This document shows, in pieces, positions 32,546-48,141 of a stretch of DNA of 64,000 bases. The DNA lies in the NCBI GenBank assembly GCA_012295275.1, contig CM022667.1, forward strand, positions 16,678,001-16,742,000. The letters are read 5' to 3'. The notes under the pieces are model-generated. The model was not told where the DNA came from, did no database searches, and worked only from the letters and a program-made list of their open reading frames with translations. This DNA is from Chrysomallon squamiferum (lineage: Eukaryota > Animalia > Mollusca). Each line of letters opens with the position of its first letter. Position 1 is the stretch's first letter. The position numbers and the translations under genes were made by a program.

Positions 32546-34489
32546 TTATGAGAACGATGTTGTAGGTCGTTGTGTTGTAGATCTCGGTGTTTGTTCTGTA
32601 GACCTCAGTGGTGGTGTTGTAGGTGGTGTTGTAGGTGGTGGTGTTGTAGATCTCGGTGTTTGCGCTGCAGAACTCGGGGGTGGTGTTGTAGATATCGGTG
32701 TTTGTGCTGTAGAACTCGGTTGTGGTGTTGTAGGTGGGGGTGTTGTAGATCTCGGTGTTTGTGCTGTAGAACTTGGTGGTGGTGTTGTGGGTGGTCGTGT
32801 TGTAGATCTCGGTGTTTGTGCCGTAGAACTCGGTGGTGGTGTTGTAGGTGGTGGTGTTGTAGATCTCGGTGTTTGTGCTGTAGAACTCGGTGGTGGTGTT
32901 GTAGGTGGTAGTGTTGAATATCTCGGTGTTTGTGTCGTAGAAGTCGGTGATGGTGTTATAGATATCTGTGTTTGTGCTGTAGAAATCGGTGGTGGTGTTG
33001 TAGGTGGTGGTGTTGTAGATCTCGTTGTTTGTGCTGTAGAACTCGGTGGTGGGGTTGTAGGTGCTGGTGTTTGTTCTGTAGAACTCGGTGGTGGTGTTGT
33101 AGATCTCGGTGTTTGTTCTGTAGAACTCGGTGGTGGTGTTGTAGGTTTCGGTGTTTGTGCTGTAGATCGCTGGTGGGTGTCTCGGTGTTTGTTCTGTAGA
33201 ACTCGGTGGTGGTGTTGTAGATCTCGGTGTTTGTTCTGTAGAACTCGGTGGTGGTGTTGTAGGTGGTGGTGTTGTAGATCTCGGTGTTTGTTCTGTAGAA
33301 CTCGGTGGTGGTGTTGTAGATCTCGGTGTTTGTTCTGTAGAACTCGGTGGTGGTGTTGTAGATCTCGGTGTTTGTTCTGTAGAACTCGCTGGTGGTGTTG
33401 TAGATCTCGGTGTTTGTGCTGTAGAACTCGCTGGTGGTGTTGTAGATCTCGGTGTTTGTTCTGTAGAACTCGGTGGTGGTGTTGTAGATCTCGGTGTTTG
33501 TTCTGTAGAACTCGCTGGTGGTGTTGTAGATCTCGGTGTTTGTGCTGTAGAACTCGGTGGTGGTGTTGTGTTTGGTTCTGAACTCGCTGTTGGTGTTGTA
33601 GATCTCGGTGTTTGTTCTGTAGAACTCGGTGGTGGTGTTGTAGATCTCGGTGTTTGTGCTGTAGAACTCGCTGGTGGTGTTGTAGGTGGTTGTGTTGTAG
33701 ATCTCGCTGTTTGTTCTGTAGAACTCGCTGGTGGTGTTGTAGATCTCGGTGTTTGTGTTGTAGATATCGGTGTTTGTTCTGTAGAACTCGGTGGTTTGTT
33801 CTGTAGAACTCGGTGTTTGTGCTGTAGAACTCGGTGTTTGTTCTAGAGAACTCAGTGGTGGTGTTGTAGGTGGTGGTGTTGTAGATATCGGTGTTTGTGC
33901 TGTAGAACTCGGTGTTTGTTCTGTAGAACTCGCTGGTGGTGTTGTAGATCTCGGTGTTTGTCCTGTAGAACTCGGTGTTTGTGCTGTAGAACTCGCTGGT
34001 GGTGTTGTAGATCTCGGTGTTTCTTCTGTAGAACTCGGTGGTTGTGCTGTAGAACTCGGTGTTTCTGCTGTAGATCTCGGTGTTTGCTTCTGTAGAACTC
34101 GGTGGTTGTGTTGTAGGTCGGTGGTTTGCTGTAGAACTCGGTGTTTGTTGTAGAACTCGGTGTTTTTGCTGTAGAACTCGGTGTTTGTGCTGTAGATCTC
34201 GGTGTTTGTGCTGTAGATCTCGGTGTTTGTGCTGTAGAACTCGGTGTTTGTGCTGTAGAACTCGGTGTTTTTGCTGTAGAACTCGGTGTTTGTGCTGTAT
34301 AACTCGGTGTTTGTGCTGTAGAACTGGGTTGCTTTGTAGTGGGTGCGGAACACAAAGCCACGCCATATTCTAGCGTCCATGGACCATAAATGTCTACTTG
34401 TGGAGGACATTTACAGTAACCATCATCACTAAAGTATTTTTGTTCTTCTCCTCGTAACACGTGTCCTGATGGCGTTTTACAGTTACGTT
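32546..34489 (-). CDS. E3 of the mucin-like copy: 4-Cys module followed by about 1.8 kb of PTS-rich tandem repeats, with frameshifts inside the repeat
   Basis: ERNCKTPSGHVLRGEEQKYFSDDGYCKCPPQVDIYGPWTLEYGVALCSAPT, then TPSSTAQ / TPRSTTPPP repeats, ending at the family-typical TTSFS*. The PTS frame switches among ORFs 33852-34460, 32956-34410 and 32546-34366. Confidence 0.75.
32560..34325. repeat. Coding minisatellite of 21-bp and 15-bp units (gtagaactcggtgtttgtgct / gtaggtggtggtgtt)
   Basis: Directly visible higher-order tandem repeat. Confidence 0.9.
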
Positions 34490-34491
34490 CT

Positions 34492-34556
<65 letters not shown>

Positions 34557-35221
34557 TACATAATAATAAATAATAATAAATAATGATTCTTATAACTTTA
34601 GCATTATAACAGCTTATACTACTTCTCCTACTATAATTATTTTTACTAAACATATTAATAATTTAACCACTATTACTACTGCAACAACTGTTACTACCAC
34701 TACTCCAAATAGTACTAATTATGATACCAATACATTTGCTATTACTAATACTATTACTATTACAACTAGCATTTAACTCGATGCACTGATTCCACTACTG
34801 CCAGAAGTTTTACAGGTCCTCCTCGACAATAATTTCTATGTCTTCATTACTGGTTGTTACTGCTAGGGTTGCCACTATAAAATCAACAACAACAACTAGT
34901 ACTACTTTTGTTACTATAATACTACTACTACTACTACAAATACTACTACCCCCTCTACTACTAATTTAACTACTTCTACTACTATTCGAGCTACTATTAC
35001 AACCGCTATCACTAATAAGAAGAATAACATTATTATTACTAATCCTACCATTAATGGTAATAGTAAGTCTACAACTATTAAATCTAATTGCTCCAACTAC
35101 CACTAATAATACCACTACTAATAATAATACTACGATCACTACTACTAATGAGACTACTAATAATTATATTTTTAATTCTTCTAGTACTGTTGGTATAAGG
35201 AGATACCGAAAGATTGTCTAC

Positions 35222-35458
35222 CGAGACAGGTGTAGCTTCCACAGGCATCAGGTCCTTCAGGATCGAAACACATTGGTGCCAAATAATCATCGTACACACA
35301 ACGGATTTCTAATTCAGATGAAGAATCATAACTAGGCTGACAACGACACTCGTACGAACAAGGCTCGTAGTCTGGAACGACTTGTCCAGGTCTGTACACT
35401 TTTCCTTTGTGAGAGCAGTGAGGTGGCATTGCAGGTGTGGATGTAGGTTGCGGCAGCT
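35222..35458 (-). CDS. E2 VWC-like exon of the mucin-like copy
   Basis: 237 nt, all 8 Cys present. ELPQPTSTPAMPPHCSHKGKVYRPGQVVPDYEPCSYECRC...MCFDPEGPDACGSYTCL. Confidence 0.85.
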
Positions 35459-35512
35459 CTGTAGTGTGTGTGGAAAAATAAGAAAAATAATACTAGTAAT
35501 AACAATAGTAAT

Positions 35513-35548
<36 letters not shown>

Positions 35549-36217
35549 AATAATAATAATAATATAATAATAATAATATAATAAAACAACATTAATAAAA
35601 ATAATGAAAATAAACTAATAATGATAGTAATAATCCCTAATAACAATCCCTCCTTTTTTCTTCTTCTTTTTTTATAATTTATTGGGCATGGAAACAACTA
35701 CTTGAAGATACCAATATGTCTATAGTGTTTGTTATCTCCACCATAGCAGGATGTAACCTTAGGCTAAACAAGCTTGGGTTTTATAGTCTCAGAATTTCTG
35801 TTTATATATTTATCAATAAATAAACAGTGAAACATAATGTATATTACAATAACCGATTTAATCTAATTTACAATATTAACGTAATCGACATAAGACTTTA
35901 TGAGAATTAATATTAAGTAATAAATTTATAAATAGGATCGCTACAGGTTCCCATAATTTAAGACCTGGATAGGTTTCCATTCAGCCCAGTTTACGGCAGA
36001 TGTTACATCATTACAAGTTTCCTTTAATATCAAATCGTTACCCATTTAACGAGAATAAGAAAGAGAGAATTCTTAATATTGACTAAACTATTCGCTGCAC
36101 TCAGACTCACTAAAATGTTTATGATCTTTACAAGATAGGTGTAGCACAAGATGTAGATCTGTTAAGGGAGAAAATATGAAGAAACGTGACATTCGAGTTA
36201 TTATTAATATTATATTA

Positions 36218-36250
<33 letters not shown>

Positions 36251-36542
36251 ATCATCTTTATTATCACTGCTTTTATTACTACAGTGATGTTACTACTGAC
36301 ATTGATGAGTTGTAGTTATTATTATTTCTGTGTAAGATGCTGATGATACTATTCATGTAGCTGTTACTCTGTCACTATGAACAGCTATTAACACTATTAA
36401 CAACTAATAATAAGAACAACAACAACAACAAGAATATTAGTGACACTAATAACAAAAATAAAAATATTGATAATAATAAGTACAAATTACCTTCAGGCGT
36501 TGGCATTGACAAGACAGACGACTTATTTCTGTCTGAACTCCC

Positions 36543-36573
<31 letters not shown>

Positions 36574-36766
36574 ATCATCTTTATTATCTCTACTTTTATC
36601 CCCAAAGTGACGTTACTACTGACATTAATTATTGTTATTATCTCGGTGTAAGATGCTATCACTATTAACATCACTAATAATAAGAACAACAACGACAACA
36701 TCAACAAGAATATTAGTGACACTAATAACAAAAATAAAAATAATGATAATAACAAGTACAAATTAC

Positions 36767-36842
36767 CTTCAGGCGTTGGCATTGACAAGACAGACGAAAT
36801 AATAAAATTCACACAGAAGAAGAAGACTATGTTAACAGCCAT
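36767..36842 (-). CDS. E1 signal exon of the mucin-like copy (MAVNIVFFFCVNFIISSVLSMPTPE)
   Basis: 76 nt with ATG and G|GTAATT donor. Its 3' part and donor are duplicated at 36491-36521. Confidence 0.8.
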
Positions 36843-37148
36843 TTTTCTGTTTTTTGTTTGTGACGTGAGTCAGTATTGACAATGTTTAAACAGCTGTTTT
36901 CACATGCGCAGTTTGATGCCTGCGTTTGGTAAATAGGATAAGTATGTTTAGAAAACACTGGTGACATGTAATATTTACAGCGGATCGTATAACGAGCGAA
37001 ACATACATATTAAAATAAAAATGATTTTATCATGTCTATCAGTCTCAGTCTTTCAGTTTTTAAATATATATACGTCTGTCTGTCTCCATGTGTCCATATT
37101 GTTCTAACAGAGACAAAAAGAGAGATATTATTTTTTCATTTACAAACT

Positions 37149-37315
<167 letters not shown>

Positions 37316-38037
37316 ATTATTTCCATGTTTTTCAACTCATTCTTGCAAAATATCTATTAATAATCCGTACATCGTGCAAGAAAAGCCTGTTTAATGTTAA
37401 ATTCTTCCTCAGAATATAATCACTAATTAAATATGATGAAAAACAAAACAAGAGAAAGTTTGTTTCATAATATAGCACGGAAAACCTGGACGTTTGAGAT
37501 AAAGAAAAGAAAGAAAGCATTAAATAAAACAAATAATTAATAACGAACATTGTATTTATTTATTTATTTCTTTATTTTTTTGTAGATAGAAATTACGAGT
37601 TCTTCGGTACTTTTGATCCAGCTTCTTCTTGTATTATTTTGTGCTTTGTTAGTATCATTCTGAAAGGAAAACAATAGAAGTTAATAAACGTTAACTGTAT
37701 CTAGAAAAAAAGTCTTATTACATATATATATATATAGCATGCACATAGGAGCGGCTCCGATACACATGCATAAACAGATAAATACTCACACACACATACA
37801 TCCAGCATACGTGTTGGTGTGTGTGCGTGTGCGTCTGTGTGTGTGTGTGCATGTGTGTGTGTCCTCTTCGCCCCTTCTTTCTGTTTCGTCACAATCTTGG
37901 AAATAAACAAATCTTCTTAAGCCGTTCAGGAGATTAGTTAAGCGTTCGAAAGGTATCCCCTCAAGCGCGCCAAACTGCCTGATTACGCTTATATATACAT
38001 ACATACATACATACATACAGATATATATACATACATC

Positions 38038-38083
<46 letters not shown>

Positions 38084-38215
38084 TACAAACATACACACAC
38101 ATATATATATATATATACATAAACACAAACACATACATTCATATATGTATGAATGTATGCACGAACGTATTTAAGTTTTGTTTTATTGTTGTTTTTTCTT
38201 TAATGTTTTACTTGT

Positions 38216-38393
38216 TTATTCTGCTGGTGCAGGTGTCGTCTGTTCTCAGTACTTTTCTCTACAATAAACTTTGTGTCCTTCATCACCCATTCCGCGTAGC
38301 AATCACCTAAACAAGGATCATCTAATGTCACGGGTCCGACATCATATGGTTCCCCAGCAAAATAGCGTGAAGTGAAGCTCGGTGTTGTCTAAG
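38216..38393 (-). pseudogene. Second copy of the divergent VWC-like exon
   Basis: RYFAGEPYDVGPVTLDDPCLGDCY..., with the same frameshift and most of the same stops as 17477-17654. Confidence 0.5.
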
Positions 38394-38937
38394 CTGAAAC
38401 AAGCAAAAAGTATGCAGAAAATATCGACAATATTTGTATTTGATGTATTTGATTCACTGTTAGCCATTATAGGTATTTATTTAACTTGTTATATATCATA
38501 TGTGTTGTGTGTGCGTGCGTGTATCTGTGGGTGTAACTGTATACACTCGACCCCACATTTAACGGACCGAATCTGGAAAATATATAAGTATTCTTGAATC
38601 TCGGGAGCTAACATGTCTCATAGTGCGCCTGTCAAACAAACAAAAAGCACGCAGAAAATATTAACAATATCTGTACGTTCAGCATGATTTAGTTCTCTAA
38701 TCCCTGACTAAGAAAGTTAAATTTTCTGGTTTAAATTCTATTCCTCTCGACATATGTCGCGTTCGATTCATTGTTAGCCATAATCCAAATCTCTTTAATT
38801 TAGTATATAGTCTCACTTAGTTCAGTTCTCAAGTATTATGAATTGCAGTTGTTGTGATGGTAAATACTGAAATCTGCTGCTATTGCAGTTAGTTTTAACA
38901 ATGCCGATTTATTTCTGCCATAAGATAAACAGATAAA

Positions 38938-39018
<81 letters not shown>

Positions 39019-40911
39019 AAACAGAAAAGTATACAACGTTCCAATCAAAATGTGGAGCTTTCTGCTAAAGTTTAGATTCGATGGTATTAAAATGAAATAC
39101 ATAATCCCTGGAGCTAATAAACACAGTCATGAGAAGAACTCGATCTTAAACAATTATTACAAAGATATTGATCGTTTATATCAGTATTTAATAGTTTATT
39201 AGATTTATTAGTTTCTGTCAGTTTTCTGCAATGTTACCATTTACTGACATTTCTTTTATGTCCACATTGTTGTTAAATAATTTAAAAAATCAGCCTTTTT
39301 CACGTATTTTCTATCTGTCTTTCTTGTTAATTTAAAAGTAAGTGAGCTATAATTAATATTTATGTATAAATTTATAGTTCAGTTTTTCTTTACAATTACA
39401 GAGAACCTACGGAAGTACAGTTTAAATATATCAGAAACGAGAGGATTAAGGGATTAACTTATTTATTCATTGTAATAATATTTATAATAATGGTCAGATT
39501 CTTACATTGGTTTACACTGGGTCGATTGGGTCGTGGTGTAATGAATGAGCCAGGAAACGAAAACGTGACAAGCCAAAATGTTCAGATCGGGAGGCCGTTC
39601 ATTTTTTAATATTCCAAATACTGGTGATATACACATACAGCTGTTTCAGGAACACTGGATCCTGACGTAATGATACTTCCTACTATAGCACTCCCAGTTC
39701 CAACATTGCATTAGTATATGAAGAATAGTATAAATAAGTTTTAACTATAACCCTATGCGAAGAAAATTTACATTCAGATTATTCTAGTTTTGAAAAAAGG
39801 AGGTAAATGAAAACTAATGATAATACCAATACATTTGCTATTAATAATACTATTACTATTATACTTAGGACATTACTAGAAGTAGTGATTCTACTATTGC
39901 CACAGTTTTACAAGTCCTCCACAATGATAGTTTCTCAGTCTTCATTACTGGCTGTTGCTATTACTGCTGCCACTATAAAATAAACACCAACAACAACAAC
40001 CACTACTTCGACGACTATTACAACAACCACTTCTTCTACTAATTATACTACTAATACTACTACAACTACTAGTATTAGTAGTACTACAACTGCTACTACT
40101 AACAATTATAAGTCTAACATTATCTTTTCATTTAATTCGTTTGTGAGGTGATCCTAACTGTGAATATTCTTTTATGCTGGTTTCTGACAGGGGGACATTG
40201 AAAACTACAAAAGATAATACATTAGTCCCATACCGAATTATAATTTCAGTTTACTATGCATGCATTAACACTAAAATAGTTACGAAAGGCACGCGACTTC
40301 ATCGTTTGGTAATATGAAAAACCATCCTTATCCTTATCATAAAAAGTTCAGAAAACAAGCGGAAACTTCAGATCGAAATCCAAGATGACAGCGTCGAACG
40401 CCGACCAATGTTTACAAACTTTTAAATATGTATGCCTTCATAATGCAATCAATTCTACATGGATTATTAAAAGTAATTTGGAGAAATAAGTCATGTAATC
40501 AACGCCTCGTATGCACAGTTGTCTATAATTGAGTAGAAATTACTGCAAAGGTGGAAACCTTTTTTTTCAGTAGGGGGGGATTTTCGTACTATATATATAT
40601 TTTTTTTTTTTTATAGCAAAAAAACTAATAATAATAAAAAAAAGAAAATGTCACAGAAAATGGCGCGTGAATATGAAGATGCTATTCTCATTAGGTAACA
40701 TAATGTGGAAACGACACTCTGCTAAAACTCCATTGCGGACATTTTATTTTTTTTTTTTTTTTTTATTAATATTTATTTGCATTTTCAATGCATTAAACGT
40801 CGTATTTACAAACTGATCGTATCACGAGCCAAATATAGATATTAAAATAATAAGGGTTTATCATGTCTATCATTTAATCTCAGTCTCTCAGTTTTTAAAT
40901 GTTTTTCTTAG

Positions 40912-41005
<94 letters not shown>

Positions 41006-41311
41006 TCTCTTTCAATATTAATACATTTTTGGACAAGATTTATTTATCTAGGATCTAGCCATTTAAATACATCTTTTGTTCTTTACAAAAATATTCTGTC
41101 ACTGTTATCTTAGACAGAGAGTACTGTCCATTATGTAGCTTTGACATTTTTTTTTCTCGTTTGTATACATTTACTTTATCTTGTTATGTGAATTGATTCA
41201 TAGAAAAGAATCCACATGCAAGTAAATATATTTCCTTGTATATATATATCTGTATAAGTGTGCTCATGCATACTGTGTGTGTGTGTGTGTGTGTGTGTTT
41301 GTGTGTGCGCG

Positions 41312-42806
41312 AATATGTAAAACCAAAACCAGTCATTTGGCTTAATGCCTGAAATGTTTAGGCGTTTGGCTTAATGACTCAGATTTTAAGGAATTAAGTT
41401 AAACGACTGAAATATACCTAGAGTCATTAGGCAAAATGACTGAATGAAAAAGAATGACTTACAATTACATGAAAACATTTATTTTGAAACACTCCTACTT
41501 ATAACAGCAGTTCAAACATGAGTGACATCTTGAATTGCACAAAAGACTGTGCTTCAAACAATTATAATGTGTGTATTTTTAACTCAACTTTGTCTCCCCA
41601 CAGTTGAATTTCAAAAATCATCATCTTCCTGCGGACGACTCCTTTGACACTGCTGCTCGTCGAGACATTGTGCATTCTCTGTTCAGATCATCCCTGAAGG
41701 TAAAATAGCACACATAAGTAAATATTTGAATATGCAAGTATATCAAAATAATGTACTGCTTATCAGGACGTTAAATTAAAAATAATTTTAAAATAACATT
41801 ACGTGGTATCAGTGCTTACAAGTAGCGACGGTCAGTGTTTACCTCAGATTACCAGCTATTCTCAACCACTGTTTTAGAGATAATAGCCTAGTTTACTTTG
41901 ATCAGTCTGACTTCAGATTACCAACTATTATGAAATAATAGTTATAATATTTCAATAAAATAGCTATATAATTATATAGTTAAATAGGAATTTATTAGAA
42001 AGCCACATAAAACTAGCTTTCAAAAACTTAAACATAGCCGTAAAAACTTACAGTTACCTAAGTCAGCTACAGGGTCTTTTATCATTCCTGTATCGGATCG
42101 TGGCGAGAGTGTTTGGAACTTTAGTAGACATGCAGACCTTAGTCGGTCCCCCAAAACAACGTAGCTTATATAATTTTTGTCCGTCACATAAGCTTATCAG
42201 CTGTATATTATGTCACTATTTGTACTTCTTACTTTTTTTATTACTGACAATGTATATCAATAAGCTGTAAAGATTAAGATAATAAAACATTGCATATCAC
42301 ACGGCAAGTGAGACTGGGAGATAAAGAATATTGAGAGAGCAGAAAGAATATGTATGCTATGTAACAGATGTCAGATTGAAGATGAGACTGAAAATAACAA
42401 ATCATTGTGTAATTCGGGAAAATATTTGCTTAAAGCATTTCAGTGTTAAACAGTTTTGATTAGTTAGATATAATTTAGGTGCTATAATTTATGCGCTACA
42501 TTATTTTGCATTGTTTATTATTGATATTGTAAATCAGTAATCTGTAAATCTTAGCATATTAAAGAATTGGATTGAACCACTAATTCCTTCAATGAACAGA
42601 TGTAAACAAAGCATAAAACCCATTTGATTCATTGCCTGAAATGGTTTCAGGCAGAATGTCAAACAACACAAACCAAAATCCAGTCTTTTGGCTTAATTCC
42701 TGGAAATTTTAGTCATTAGGCAAAACTCCTTACGGTCTTGGGCATTAGTCTAAATGTCTAAACAATTCAGGCATTAGGCCCAATGACTAGTTTGACATAT
42801 TGACTG
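41312..42806. mobile_element. Non-autonomous TIR element with subterminal TAATG(C/A)C repeats, carrying a LINE 3'-like remnant
   Basis: The ends are inverted repeats (CAAAACCAGTCATTTGGCTTAATGCCTGAA versus CAAACTAGTCATTGGGCCTAATGCCTGAA). Internal 42300-42390 reads NIERAERICMLCNRCQIEDE. Related copies lie at 44697-46035 (inverted), 49403-50497 and 55411-56750. Confidence 0.6.
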
Positions 42807-42824
42807 TAACATGATAATAATGAC

Positions 42825-43737
<913 letters not shown>

Positions 43738-44696
43738 GTGTATATAATGTGAGTGTGTCCCTGTGTGTATATATGTATATATGTATGTGAGAGAGAGAAA
43801 GAGCTAAATAATTATTTTATTTATAAACTCGAAGAGAGAGAGAGAGATAGTAAAATAAAATTATCTGTAAACAAGATATAGCTACATTATCATGCCAGAT
43901 CATTTACTCAGTCTGTTACGGTGTTTCCCAGTTAATTACAGCACTAAATGATGTCACTAAAAGAAAAATGACAGAGAGTCTACATTAACATAGCTTTATG
44001 ATTTTACTAATATCACTGATGAGAGAGAAAGATGAAGGATTTTATTAAGTATTAATTATATTTTCCAAGAGATAATATACTCTTTAATTTTTAATAATTT
44101 AAAGTGAACAGTTATACGGTAAATTAGCATACGTTCCAATTCGTTTTATTTCTTTTCAACCTTATGTGAAATTAAAACTAAATAATCATCTCTTTGAACC
44201 AATAATATATTCAGGTAATCGTTCTGAAGATTAGATTATGTATGTATGTAAGTATTAATAAATATTTGTGTGAAGTTGTATAATATTATGATGAATATTC
44301 ATTATTTTGCACTTAAAATGTGTTAAATTAAATGAAAAACTTATTATTTTTTGTTGATAACACCTTTTTTCTAAGTGGTGGTTTTGCACATATCGATGGT
44401 GTCGTTGCAGTCGGTTAGGAACACAAAGCCACGTTCAACTGTGCTTCCCATGACTGTCTGCTGTGAGCTTTATAACGTGTTACCTTCAAATCTATACATT
44501 CCAAAAACCGGTCACAGGGTCGTGCATTAATGAAATCTTAGAAAAATAGTTCATGTCATTTCTGCTGTCTGATTTGAATTCATCAAATAAAAGTACATGA
44601 GCATCTCAGGTACCATGCAGGTACGTCTACATTAATATAGGTTGATAGTTTGATGCCTCTCTTTCACAGAAAAGTAGCCATATGTTTATATGTTAC

Positions 44697-46035
44697 AGTC
44701 AGTATGTCAAACTAGTCACTTGACCTAATGCCTGAAATATTTAGGCATTTAGCCTAATGACCAAGACCGTCAGGTGTTGGGTCTAATGACTAAAATTTCA
44801 AGGAATTAGGACAAATGACTGGAGTTTGGTTCCTGCTGTTTGACATTCTTCCTGGTAGCAATTCGGGCAATCAGCCAAACAGGTTTTATGCTTTGTTTAT
44901 ATCTGCTCATTGAAGGGATCAGTGGTTCAATTCAATTTTTGTTAGCGTATGCTTTACAGGTTATTGACATACAATGTCAGTAATAAAAGATGCAAATACA
45001 AATAATAAAGCACATAAATTATATCTAACTAATCAAAACGTTTCTGCACTGAAATGCTTTAAACAAATACTTTCCCAAATTACACAGTGATTTCTTATTT
45101 TCAATCTCGTCTTCAATCTCACTATTGTTACGTAACATACATATTCTTTGTGCTCTCTCTCAATATTCCTGTATCTCAAATCTCATTTGCTAGCTGATGT
45201 GCAATCTTTTACTATCGTAAGCTTTACAGCTTATTGATATACAATGTCAATAATAAAAAATGCAAGAAGTAAAAATACTCACATAATATACATATTGACA
45301 TACTATACAGCTGATGTATAGACAACCTCACTTTTCTTAAATAAAATTGAATTGTTAAATCATCTCTAATGTATTTATATAAATTGTCACATTTCACATA
45401 TGTATTTAGCTGGAATGAAAGATTCTGCCTTGCTTGGTGAACACTTTTCATTAATCTGGTCCTGCTCTATCCATATGTGTCCTGTGACGGAAACAACGCT
45501 TAATAATTATATAAGCTAAGTGTGACGGAGACAACAGACTCTTCTTTAATATGTAATTGATGTTAGATTTCCTGAAAAGGTGTATAAGCTATGTTGTTTT
45601 CTGGGAGGCATTAGTGTCTGCATGTCTACTGAAGTTCCAAACAGTCTCGGCACGATCCTGATACAGGAATGTTAAAAGACCCTCTATGCGGTCTTTCCTA
45701 GGCACTAAAAGCATCTGTTGCATTTTTTGGGAGGAGAGATCAGTTTTACACCATAAAATATATATGTACTGAAGTAGTATAACCATTATTTGAGAATAGT
45801 TGATAATCTGAGATGAGAATGATCAAAGTAAACTTCAGGGTATTATCTCTAAAGTAGTTGGTGAGAATAGCTGGTAATCTGAGGTAAACTCTGACCATCA
45901 CTAATTGTAAACACTGATACCACAATGGTGTTATTGACAACTGATTGTGATGTCAACGTCCTGCTAACCAGGAAGTTATTTTCATATACTTGCATATTCA
46001 AATACTTACTGAGGTGTGCTATTTTACCTTCAGGG
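44697..46035. mobile_element. Inverted, partial and diverged copy of the 41312-42806 element
   Basis: Begins TACAGTCAGTATGTCAAACTAGTCA and is reverse-complement collinear with 41690-42806. Confidence 0.6.
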
Positions 46036-47373
46036 ATAAACAGGTTTAATATCCTCCATATTTTCACTTATCTGGTGAGAGTAAGTTTGTGCCATGGTAA
46101 GCTAACTCTGTAAATAACTATTATTAGATCATTTAATATGTATATTCTTTAAATCTAAACTACTGTTGTTGTGTTTCTGGTGGTTTAACGTTTACATATA
46201 TGATCTTGTTCCCCGAACACCCTTAGAACCGAGCCAAATCGGGTAGCTATCTACTATTTCCGAGGGAGAGTGTTTCACCTGTTTCGGGGTTCTAATTTGA
46301 ATTCGTGACGACATTACTGATTACGACTGCCTTTGATGCCCCGTTACATATCGCAATCCCAATTCATATAAAGTTTTCCTAATAAAAGTCACCCAGTTAT
46401 TTTTCTATAATATAAAATACAATTTTTGGTATTAATTAATTTCAGCCAATAATTAATCATTCGATATGTACGCTCATAAACTATAGGGAATCTTCTCAGT
46501 TCAAAATAGACATAATATTTGTGGTTCACCCTTTAACATTTAAAATATTTTTACAAAAATCTAAGTGAATTTTCTCAATAACATCTGCCTTTTGAAAACC
46601 CCATATGTCACTACAATTAAAGAGCACACTAGTCATATATGTATCAAACAGTAACAATAGAGAAATATAATTTGTTGACATATTATTTACACTCTGTGTT
46701 GCCTTATTGTTGTTTTATTCTAACATCAAAAAACAAAATAGATGGTGGGGATTACTGGTAGTGTTATTCTTACATCAAAGACCAATGATTTTAATACCAA
46801 CAGTCATAGGGGTTTAAAGTTTTGCTTAGAACTGTTTATTGCACGGATTAGTGGTTATAGTATTCGTACATCAAAGACCAGTTATATGGTAGGGATTGGT
46901 AGTAGTGTTATTGTTATATCAAAGTGTTGATAGGTGATATGAAATAGGGTGGAACCTCGAATGCTACACGTCCTATTGAAACTGGACAATAGTCTAATAT
47001 TCTACGAGAAAAGGGAAAATGTCATATTTGTAATCTTAACAAAAGTAGAGATGAATATCACTATATATTTGAATGTAATGATCCTAGGTTATTACACCAG
47101 ATAAATACGAGACATCAAAATATAATTTCATATAATAATTTACAGTAAATAATATTTATATTAAAAAAGCTATGGTCGATAATAAGATGTATCTGTGAGA
47201 GAGTGTGTCCTCCACGTTAAACATCAACGCATGTGCATTTTAATTCGTTATTATATATCTGTAATACATTCTTCTCTGTACTGTAATCCTACAGTTCATG
47301 AGAATACAGTCACTGTCACTGGCATAGATCACATTAACATCACTTATGTCTGGCTATGGAGGTTCCTCTAGAG

Positions 47374-48141
47374 CAGAGGTGGGCAAACTACAGCCCGCGG
47401 GGCACATCCGGCCCACGATATCATTTTATCCGGCCCGCCAGGAATTTTCACGAAGAGTAAACCTATAACATTTTTAAATTTGTAGTCTTCATTTCACTGA
47501 TTTTTATTCCCTGCGATATTTTATTGGTACCACCAGGTGGCGCACCCCAACTAGACTGGGCCTTTCTTCGCCGCAGACTAGAGATGGCAATTATGATTGG
47601 CACATTCAAACCGTCACGTGACGTTTGCTGTGAAGCGCCATCGACAAACAATTGAAAAACAATAGAAACTGTGACTGAACTTACGTATTGAAACGGGGCG
47701 TGTCAGTGTGTATATCCACCACATTCCCTCGGATATGCATTGCCAGGTCTACCTCCAACTCTAGCATCATCCTACATAACAAAATGAGCGTGCAAAAAAA
47801 GCGGAAGATTGACAGAGAGTGTCGGTTTTCAAAAAGGAATGGACTACAAAATATTTGTTCATTGAAATTCGATCAAAGGCCGTGTGTTTCATTTGTTATG
47901 TGTATTTTTTATGCTTTCCGCTGGGCACCCTCAGCAACACTGTTCCCATTAAATCCATCAGCGGTGAGTTGTTTGTATGTAACAATACATTTGTTGATTA
48001 AAAAACAGAAAAAAGAAATAGAGTGCATGTGTATTTTTTATGCTTTATGGTCGTTTCTTTTCCACCTCATAATGTTGTGGCCCACTTGTCAGTTTCAAAA
48101 ACTCAATGTGGCCCTTGAGCCAAAAGGTTTGCCCACCGCTG
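47374..48141 (+). mobile_element. hAT (Charlie/Buster/SPIN-like) internally deleted transposon
   Basis: TIRs CAGAGGTGGGCAAAC / GTTTGCCCACCGCTG and imperfect 8-bp TSD CTCTAGAG / CTGTAGAA. Transposase N-terminal remnant KKRKIDRECR(fs)VFKKEWTTKYLFIEIRSKAVCFIC. Confidence 0.85.

Noticed and set aside
32546-34410. His/Gln/Arg-rich (HRVLQHK), TEFYSTN and plus-strand Cys/Trp-rich ORFs
   Set aside because: Alternative frames of the PTS repeat. The family frame at both ends is the PTS frame.
36375-36842. 155-aa multi-pass membrane protein ORF
   Set aside because: E1 read through into a simple-repeat intron containing a partial E1 duplication. The real exon ends at the donor after 36767.
40150-40750. 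Possible additional transposon or exon
   Set aside because: I could not identify TIRs, a TSD, a second copy or a convincing reading frame by eye.
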